The notes beneath the pieces were generated by a model. That model was not told the origin of the DNA. It saw nothing but the letters and a program-made list of their open reading frames with translations, and ran no database searches. This document shows, in pieces, positions 29,040 to 34,871 of a DNA stretch of 64,000 nt; within the stretch, counting starts at the first letter, position 1; each line of letters opens with the position of its first letter. The translations under genes and the position numbers were made by a program. The stretch is from Eubacteriales bacterium (GTDB taxonomy: Bacteria; Bacillota; Clostridia; Oscillospirales; CAG-382): assembly GCA_045536935.1 (NCBI GenBank), contig JAZSOO010000027.1:41418-105417 (forward strand), written 5' to 3'.

Positions 29040-29264
29040 ATGCTTTCCAAACTTAAAGAAATTCTTGTTGAAGAAATGGACATTTCCGCAGAACTTATTG
29101 TTCCCGAAGCAGAGCTTATGAATGACCTTGGTTTTAACTCTCTCGAGCTTGCAGACCTTGTTGTTCTCTGCGAAGAAAAATTCAACATAAGCTTCGATGA
29201 TAGCGTACTCCCGACACTTCTCACTGTCGGCGACGTTGTTGCTTATCTCGAACAGAACGCATAA
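29040..29264 (+). CDS. acyl carrier protein
   Basis: 74 aa. Phosphopantetheine-attachment helix LGFNSLELADLV, a variant of the DSL motif. Confidence 0.8.
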   Translation: MLSKLKEILVEEMDISAELIVPEAELMNDLGFNSLELADLVVLCEEKFNISFDDSVLPTLLTVGDVVAYLEQNA

Positions 29265-29282
29265 GTAAATAACAATATGAAA

Positions 29283-29311
29283 AGCACCTTGAAATATCAA
29301 GGTGCTTTTTG
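29283..29311 (+). terminator. rho-independent terminator of the ligase-ACP operon
   Basis: AGCACCTTGA-aata-TCAAGGTGCT followed by TTTTT. Confidence 0.85.
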
Positions 29312-29323
29312 TGTTAATTAATT

Positions 29324-29347
29324 GAACACATAAAAAAGACAAATCAT
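29324..29347 (+). repeat. left direct repeat of the islet
   Basis: GAACACATAAAAAAGACAAATCAT; 23 of 24 positions identical to 32240-32263. Confidence 0.8.
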
Positions 29348-29350
29348 AAG

Positions 29351-29458
29351 ATGCTATTCGCTATATCGAAATGTACAATTAACCTCTCTGAGCTCGCTCA
29401 TTTGTGTGATTTTAGTAGAACTACGATATATAAATACATTTTTCTTTTGGAACAATAA
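29351..29458 (+). pseudogene. possible relic of a recombinase/excisionase-type HTH (35 codons)
   Basis: Translates to MLFAISKCTINLSELAHLCDFSRTTIYKYIFLLEQ*. The LSELAHLCDFSRTTIYKYI segment resembles the C-terminal HTH of small serine recombinases and excisionases. No RBS and no catalytic domain. Confidence 0.3.
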
Positions 29459-29490
29459 AATCGGGAACATTTTGTTCCCGATTTTATTGT
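29452..29490. terminator. perfect 18-bp palindrome, bidirectional terminator at the end of the islet operon
   Basis: ACAATAAAATCGGGAACA-ttt-TGTTCCCGATTTTATTGT with T-runs inside the arms on both strands. Lies 5 nt downstream of the 49-aa ORF stop. Confidence 0.75.
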
Positions 29491-29494
29491 AAAA

Positions 29495-29644
29495 TTAAAC
29501 ATTAAATGCCAAGATTAAAGAGACTAAGACTATTGCAAAAAAAGCAGCACCAAAAGGACGTATTTCTTTATTTTCATTTGGAATTAAACAAACGATAATG
29601 CCAACTATACATCCTATTAATACGAACAAATACCAAAAATCCAT
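29495..29644 (-). CDS. 49-aa two-TM membrane peptide (below the ORF-track threshold)
   Basis: MDFWYLFVLIGCIVGIIVCLIPNENKEIRPFGAAFFAIVLVSLILAFNV*. GGAGGTG RBS 7 nt upstream of the ATG. Lies 33 nt after the 565-aa gene and ahead of the terminator. Confidence 0.6.
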   Translation of the reverse strand: MDFWYLFVLIGCIVGIIVCLIPNENKEIRPFGAAFFAIVLVSLILAFNV

Positions 29645-29677
29645 AAAATTTCACCTCCATTTTATTTAAATTGAATT

Positions 29678-31375
29678 TTATTTTAATGCAACCATAAATC
29701 CTAAGGCATTCGTTAGTTCTGCATTTACCTTTGAATAGTACGCTGTAACAGCACTATTATGAGCAATAACAGCAGTATTCTTTGAAATGTTATGCAAATA
29801 AACATTCATATCAGTGGTGTTCTTATTAATTGTATCTAACGAAGAAACGGCTTTTTCCATTGTGCTGTTTAGAGTGCTTAATGAATTATCAATATCTCTC
29901 AATTTATTATATATCATAAATTGATTTTCTTTGATTTCGTCAAGCTTCGTGATAATGGTGTTTAATCTTATTTCGTTTTCATAGATGTTATATGCGCCAT
30001 TTATTCCCTCGAGGGTTTCGCATCTGCCGGACATTAGATATTCATAGAATGTTGAAAGTGCTACAATGTTTCTATACTTATCAAACACAATGTTATAACT
30101 ATATAATTCGTTTCTACACTTGAACAGTTCTTTCAATGTATCTTCAACTGTTTTAATCTCCGAATCTAATAAGTGTTTTTCACCAAGTGCTTTTGTAGGA
30201 ATGCTATTTATATTACTAAGTTTTGAACCTAATTTATTTTGCGACTCAATTAATTCAGATGCGTATCTTCCGATTTTATCACTCAGCTGTTTTACTTGTT
30301 CGGATCTTTGTCCTTCTGCGGCTATCCTGAGTTTTTCATTGTCTGCATCACACTGTTTGATGTCTGAATTGTATTTATCTATAGCTATTTCGTAGTCACG
30401 TAGTGTTTGTGCGTTTTCTGCCTCTACCTTTTTCTTGTTAAAGAAATATGGTGTTCTTAGATTTGGATATTCGGGTTTTGAAGGATATTCTTTTTTCTTG
30501 AAGTTAATTGGTTGATTTTCAAAATCAGATAACTCTTTTTTTGAATTTTTCAGGCGAGAACTTTTTGATTCTATATCTTGCCTTAAATCGTACAAAGCAT
30601 AATTGTGCTCGAATACAACATCTTTATTGTTATATATTTGTTGGAAATACAACTGTTCTAAACGTTTTGATAAGCACATTATATTTGATTCTAAATTTAT
30701 TATATTTAAGACATATTCTTTTAAAGTATTTGTTTCGATTTGATTATTTAAACAGTTATGCGTATGCGGTTTTATATCTACATTTTGAATAAAAGAGAAA
30801 ACATTTTCGTTTGCCTTTGATTTACTAAAATCAGCAATTTCCTTATGCATTGCATTAATTTTAAAATCATATAATTTGTTAGTATAATATGCTTCATCGT
30901 TAGACAATTCAGCGTTACATATCAGACACCGTTTAGTATTACAGACTTTGTCTATTTCCTTTAAAACATCTTTATTGTTTTTTTCATGTTCTTTTATCAA
31001 TGCTTCGATTTTATTATAAAACGCTTGGCTATAACAACCCGTTGTGTAATAGTTCCAATAACCATTTACGTATTCACATTGCTGAACATCATCATCAAAA
31101 ATATCTGCTCTATAACCACCTCTAGCAACTTTTTCTAGTTTGTTATAGATATCAAGATATTTCCATTCTCCATAAAGTTCCGCGCCGCAATTAGGACAAA
31201 TAAAGAATACAGATTTATCACGTTCATGGATATTGACGCTTCTCCGTTTTCTTGCTTCGTCGGAGATTTTCTTTATCGTGTGTTCAGGACAATTTACTTT
31301 AGGTACTTTTTTAAAGAATTCTTCGCGTAGCGTTTTATGATCGATATTTCCTAATTTATTTAACTGAAATCTCAT
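29678..31375 (-). CDS. 565-aa zinc-ribbon + long coiled-coil protein, unknown function
   Basis: AAAGGAG RBS 7 nt upstream. CPEH(29-32)...CPNC(60-63) and CNTKRCLIC cysteine clusters, then ~400 aa of K/E/N/L-rich heptad-like sequence. No Walker, nuclease or other catalytic motif recognised. Confidence 0.85.
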   Translation of the reverse strand: MRFQLNKLGNIDHKTLREEFFKKVPKVNCPEHTIKKISDEARKRRSVNIHERDKSVFFICPNCGAELYGEWKYLDIYNKLEKVARGGYRADIFDDDVQQCEYVNGYWNYYTTGCYSQAFYNKIEALIKEHEKNNKDVLKEIDKVCNTKRCLICNAELSNDEAYYTNKLYDFKINAMHKEIADFSKSKANENVFSFIQNVDIKPHTHNCLNNQIETNTLKEYVLNIINLESNIMCLSKRLEQLYFQQIYNNKDVVFEHNYALYDLRQDIESKSSRLKNSKKELSDFENQPINFKKKEYPSKPEYPNLRTPYFFNKKKVEAENAQTLRDYEIAIDKYNSDIKQCDADNEKLRIAAEGQRSEQVKQLSDKIGRYASELIESQNKLGSKLSNINSIPTKALGEKHLLDSEIKTVEDTLKELFKCRNELYSYNIVFDKYRNIVALSTFYEYLMSGRCETLEGINGAYNIYENEIRLNTIITKLDEIKENQFMIYNKLRDIDNSLSTLNSTMEKAVSSLDTINKNTTDMNVYLHNISKNTAVIAHNSAVTAYYSKVNAELTNALGFMVALK

Positions 31376-31757
31376 GATGCAGCTCCTTTATCATATTCAA
31401 AAAAACATCAATTTTTTCTTCGTTGAATACATATACTTTTTCTTTACCCCATCCCGAGAACTCTCTGTTCTTTTCAATATAGCTTATCCCGTTTTTGCTA
31501 GTAAAGATGTCGTTTATGTTAGCTGAAAAATAATTCAAATTTCTAGCTTTTTTGTCATGTAATACCCAGACAAAATATAATTGTAGTTCTTTAGAATACC
31601 CGATAATAAATAATTGTTCTTCTTTTCTTGCTAAATGGCTCGATCTGCATTTGATTCTGTTGTTTTTCAAATTAGCACTATAAACAAAATTGAAAACTCT
31701 TTCAAAGTCTATATTTGTATTATTACAATGCAATATAAAGTTTTTTGCGTAATCCAT
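31356..31757 (-). CDS. 133-aa protein of unknown function, first gene of the islet operon
   Basis: AAGGAG RBS 6 nt upstream. Its last 20 nt overlap the start of the 565-aa gene (translational coupling). No recognisable family. Confidence 0.8.
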   Translation of the reverse strand: MDYAKNFILHCNNTNIDFERVFNFVYSANLKNNRIKCRSSHLARKEEQLFIIGYSKELQLYFVWVLHDKKARNLNYFSANINDIFTSKNGISYIEKNREFSGWGKEKVYVFNEEKIDVFLNMIKELHHEISVK

Positions 31758-31780
31758 AAGTAACTCCTTAAAAAGTATTT

Positions 31781-31810
31781 AAAATGATAAATTGTGTCAT
31801 AAATCATTTT
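31781..31810. promoter_or_regulatory. candidate operator: inverted repeat AAAATGAT-N14-ATCATTTT
   Basis: 8-bp perfect arms lying between the predicted -10 and the RBS of the islet operon. An extra GTCAT half-site-like copy sits inside the spacer. Confidence 0.4.
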
Positions 31811-31818
31811 ATAAACCT

Positions 31819-31847
31819 ATAATAACATTTATAAAACTGCGTGTCAA
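31819..31847 (-). promoter_or_regulatory. sigma-A-type promoter of the islet operon
   Basis: The minus strand reads TTGACA (31847-31842), 17 nt ending TGT, TATTAT (31824-31819). Confidence 0.55.
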
Positions 31848-31920
31848 GCAAAAACACATAATTAAGAAGTGCATCATACCTTTTAAATACGATATACTGT
31901 AGAAAAAAGGAGTTAAAGTA

Positions 31921-32232
31921 ATGACAGCAGAATTTGTAAGAGATAGAATAACTCAGTTAAGAATCCAAAAGGGTGTATCTGAATATAAAATGAGCTATGA
32001 TTTAGGTCATAGCAGGGGATATATCAACAATATTTCTTCCGGCAAAGCTTTGCCCTCTCTTGCTGAATTTTTTGCTATTTGTGAATATTTTGGTATAACT
32101 CCTATTGAATTTTTTGATATTGATAACCATAATCCCAAAATGACAAAGGATACTTTAGAAGGTTTAAATAAATTGAAGGGTTCCGATTTGGAGCTTGTTC
32201 AGTTGTTAGTTGATCGTTTATATAGAGAATAA
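31921..32232 (+). CDS. XRE-family helix-turn-helix transcriptional regulator
   Basis: 103 aa. RITQLRIQKGVSEYKMSYDLGHSRGYINNISSGKALPSLAEFFAICEYFGITPIEFF is a typical HTH_3 domain. AAGGAG RBS. Divergent from the islet operon. Confidence 0.85.
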   Translation: MTAEFVRDRITQLRIQKGVSEYKMSYDLGHSRGYINNISSGKALPSLAEFFAICEYFGITPIEFFDIDNHNPKMTKDTLEGLNKLKGSDLELVQLLVDRLYRE

Positions 32233-32239
32233 GTTCTAT

Positions 32240-32263
32240 GAACACATAAAAAAGACACATCAT
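32240..32263 (+). repeat. right direct repeat of the islet
   Basis: GAACACATAAAAAAGACACATCAT. It overlaps the left arm of the terminator hairpin at 32253-32290. Confidence 0.8.
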
Positions 32264-32297
32264 TAAGGATTTCTCCAAAATGATGTGTCTGATTTTT
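32253..32297. terminator. bidirectional rho-independent terminator
   Basis: AGACACATCATT / AATGATGTGTCT 12-bp stem (inner GGA/TCC extends it). Followed by GATTTTTT on the plus strand and TTTTTATG on the minus strand. Confidence 0.8.
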
Positions 32298-32303
32298 TAT
32301 TAT

Positions 32304-32337
32304 GGGGTCCCCGCAAAACCGTGTGTTTTGTGGGGGG
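32304..32337. repeat. GGGGT-CCCC...GGGG hairpin element, copy 1
   Basis: GGGGT then CCCCGCAAAAC-cgtgt-GTTTTGTGGGG (11-bp stem, one G.U). Same architecture as 48711-48744. Confidence 0.45.
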
Positions 32338-32396
32338 TATAAAAAGTTTTTGCTAAGCTTTTTTCAAAAAGCGTATAAAACTCTCGTTAAAACTGC

Positions 32397-33395
32397 TTAT
32401 TTGCTTGCTTCTTCGATAGCAACTGCACATGCAACAGTCATACCAACCATGGGGTTGTTACCTGCGCCGATCAAGCCCATCATTTCTACGTGAGCAGGAA
32501 CGGAAGAGGAACCAGCGAACTGTGCGTCGGAGTGCATTCTACCCATGGTGTCGGTCATACCGTAAGAGGAAGGACCTGCAGCCATATTATCGGGGTGGAG
32601 AGTACGGCCGGTACCGCCGCCGGAAGCAACGGAGAAGTATTCTCTGCCGTTTTCAACACACCACTTCTTGTAGGTGCCTGCAACGGGATGCTGGAAGCGG
32701 GTGGGGTTGGTGGAGTTACCGGTGATGGAAACGCCAACCTTTTCAAGCTTCATGATAGCAACGCCTTCGGGAACGTTATCAGAGCCGTAGCACTTAACGT
32801 CTGCACGGGGACCCTTGGAGAAGGGAATTTCCTTAACAACCTTAACTTCTTCGGTGTAAGGATCAAATTCGGTTTCAACGTAGGTGAAGCCGTTGATACG
32901 GGAGATGATATATGCAGCGTCTTTACCAAGACCGTTAAGGATAACACGGAGAGCGTTCTTACGAACCTTGTTTGCGTTGAGAGCAATCTTGATTGCGCCT
33001 TCAGCGGCAGCGAAGGATTCGTGTCCTGCGAGGAAGCAGAAGCAGTCGGTTTCTTCGGAAAGAAGCATCTTACCGAGGTTACCGTGGCCAAGACCAACCT
33101 TACGGTTTTCTGCAACAGAGCCAGGGATACAGAAGGACTGGAGACCGATACCGATAGCAGCAGCAGCGTCAGCAGCCTTGGTGCAACCCTTCTTAATAGC
33201 TATAGCAGAACCAACGGTGTATGCCCAAACAGCGTTTTCAAAGCAGATGGGCTGGGTGCTGCGGATAATCTTATCAACGTCAATACCTTTAGCGAGAGTG
33301 ATTTCTTTGCACTCCTCGATGGAGGAAATGCCGTATTCTTTAAGAACAGCGTTGATTTTCTCAACACGTCTTTCGTAACCTTCAAACAATGACAT
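32397..33395 (-). CDS. GGGtGRT-family protein (uncharacterised)
   Basis: 332 aa containing the eponymous SGGGTGRT motif (FSVASGGGTGRTLHPDN). GC-rich and strongly codon-biased. Confidence 0.85.
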   Translation of the reverse strand: MSLFEGYERRVEKINAVLKEYGISSIEECKEITLAKGIDVDKIIRSTQPICFENAVWAYTVGSAIAIKKGCTKAADAAAAIGIGLQSFCIPGSVAENRKVGLGHGNLGKMLLSEETDCFCFLAGHESFAAAEGAIKIALNANKVRKNALRVILNGLGKDAAYIISRINGFTYVETEFDPYTEEVKVVKEIPFSKGPRADVKCYGSDNVPEGVAIMKLEKVGVSITGNSTNPTRFQHPVAGTYKKWCVENGREYFSVASGGGTGRTLHPDNMAAGPSSYGMTDTMGRMHSDAQFAGSSSVPAHVEMMGLIGAGNNPMVGMTVACAVAIEEASK

Positions 33396-33412
33396 GGTAT
33401 TTACCTCCTTAA

Positions 33413-34108
33413 TTATTCATGACGGGGGTCAATATATTTGACCGCATCTTCAAATCTGCCGTAAGTGCCGATAGACTGGTTGTATGCTTCGTTGGGTTCC
33501 ATACCTTTTTTGATGAAATCGGTCATCTTGCCGAGAGATACGAATTCGTAACCGATAACTTCATCGTTTTCGTCAAGAGCCATACGAGTGCAATAGCCTT
33601 CGGTCATTTCGAGGTAGCGAACACCCTTTGCTTTGGAACCGTACATGGTACCAACCATGGAACGGGAGCCTTTACCAAGGTCTTCCATACCTGCGCCGAT
33701 AACGAGACCGCCTTCAGAGAAAGCAGACTGAGAACGACCGTAAACGATCTGGAGGAAGAGTTCACGCATTGCTGTGTTGATAGCATCGCAAACAAGGTCG
33801 GTGTTGAGAGCTTCGAGAATGGTCTTGCCGGGGAGAATTTCAGCAGCCATAGCTGCGGAATGAGTCATACCGGAGCAACCGATGGTTTCTACGAGAGCTT
33901 CTTCGATAATGCCGTCTTTGACATTAAGAGAGAGCTTGCATGCGCCCTGCTGAGGAGCACACCAGCCCACACCGTGAGTGTAAGCGGAAATGTCTTTGAT
34001 TTCCTTTGCCTGAACCCATTTGCCTTCTTCGGGAATAGGAGCAGGACCGTGCTTCGGGCCTTTAGCCACAACGCACATGTTTTCAACTTCTTTTGAATAC
34101 TGCAACAT
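33413..34108 (-). CDS. NifU/IscU-like iron-sulfur scaffold-domain protein
   Basis: 231 aa. The N-terminal half resembles the NifU_N fold, with Cys residues at GWCAPQQGACK and IGCSGMTHSA. Confidence 0.7.
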   Translation of the reverse strand: MLQYSKEVENMCVVAKGPKHGPAPIPEEGKWVQAKEIKDISAYTHGVGWCAPQQGACKLSLNVKDGIIEEALVETIGCSGMTHSAAMAAEILPGKTILEALNTDLVCDAINTAMRELFLQIVYGRSQSAFSEGGLVIGAGMEDLGKGSRSMVGTMYGSKAKGVRYLEMTEGYCTRMALDENDEVIGYEFVSLGKMTDFIKKGMEPNEAYNQSIGTYGRFEDAVKYIDPRHE

Positions 34109-34144
34109 TGAAAAAATCCTTTCGCTTTGTCTTTGTATTTTTAT

Positions 34145-34720
34145 TTATTTTATAATTTCAGCATAAACTTCGCCGCTGCAACCTGCTGCGTTGGCTTCAT
34201 CGGTGTCGATATGTATTGCAGGAGCAAAATTAGGATTAACTCTGACAACAACATCACCGAAAACGAGGGAACGGTCTGCTGTGCAAATCTTTGCAGAAAC
34301 GATCTGCTTATCGGAAACACCAAGCTCTTCTGCAGTAGCAGGATCGAGATGCATATGTCTTTTTGCTGCAATTGCACCTTCGGTGATCTCAACTTCACCT
34401 GCAGGACCGACAAGCTTCAAAGCGCCGCTTCCTGCGATGTCACCCGATTCACGTACGGGAACGGATATGCCGAGTGCACGAGCGTCGGTAAGGGAGATTT
34501 CAACCTGTGTAGCAGGTCTTGTAGGACCAAGAATTAGAACGTTGTTGATTGCGCCCTTGGGACCAACCAAGTTGATTCTTTCGTTGCTCGCAAACTGACC
34601 GGGCTGAGAAAGCATTTTTTTGACAGTAAGAGTTTGGCCTTTGCCAAGCAAGGTTTCCATATCTGCTTCCGTAAGGTGAACGTGACGGGCAGACGTTTCG
34701 ACGAGTATTTTCTTTTCCAT
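34145..34720 (-). CDS. pduL: PduL-type phosphate acyltransferase
   Basis: 191 aa with the duplicated PduL signature SARHVHL ... AKRHMHL and HIDTDEANA. Confidence 0.85.
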   Translation of the reverse strand: MEKKILVETSARHVHLTEADMETLLGKGQTLTVKKMLSQPGQFASNERINLVGPKGAINNVLILGPTRPATQVEISLTDARALGISVPVRESGDIAGSGALKLVGPAGEVEITEGAIAAKRHMHLDPATAEELGVSDKQIVSAKICTADRSLVFGDVVVRVNPNFAPAIHIDTDEANAAGCSGEVYAEIIK

Positions 34721-34756
34721 TGGTTATATACTGCCTTTCTTTTATTTTATCAATTT

Positions 34757-34785
34757 ATTATATATCAAAACTTTCCTTTTGTAAA
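34757..34785 (-). promoter_or_regulatory. promoter of the pduL/NifU-like/GGGtGRT operon
   Basis: The minus strand reads TTTACA (34785-34780), 17 nt, TATAAT (34762-34757). Confidence 0.45.
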
Positions 34786-34871
34786 TGGTATTTTGCAAAA
34801 AATTGTGTTGAAATAGCAAATGTTGTGTGTTATAATACAACTTATTGAATGGATAATAGGAGAATTTTGCC

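Larger units (their letters stand above)
29324..32263. mobile_element. AT-rich ~2.9-kb inserted islet bounded by 24-nt direct repeats (no intact recombinase)
   Basis: Direct repeats at 29324-29347 and 32240-32263. Hand-counted G+C: 16/60 at 30601-30660 versus 28/60 (29101-29160) and 34/60 (33001-33060) in the flanks. Gene content is unrelated to the neighbours. Confidence 0.55.

Noticed and set aside
29463-29478. GAACATTTTGTTC inside the islet palindrome as a LexA (Cheo) box
   Set aside because: The spacing is GAAC-N5-GTTC, not N4. It is simply the centre of the 18-bp terminator palindrome.
32490-34096. 300-aa and 225-aa plus-strand ORFs (32490-33392, 33419-34096), plus several shorter ones, opposite the GGGtGRT and NifU-like genes
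   Set aside because: They are antisense shadows of GC-rich, codon-biased genes. Their products are G/V/S/T/F-rich repeats with no motifs, whereas the minus-strand products contain the SGGGTGRT and Cys-cluster signatures.
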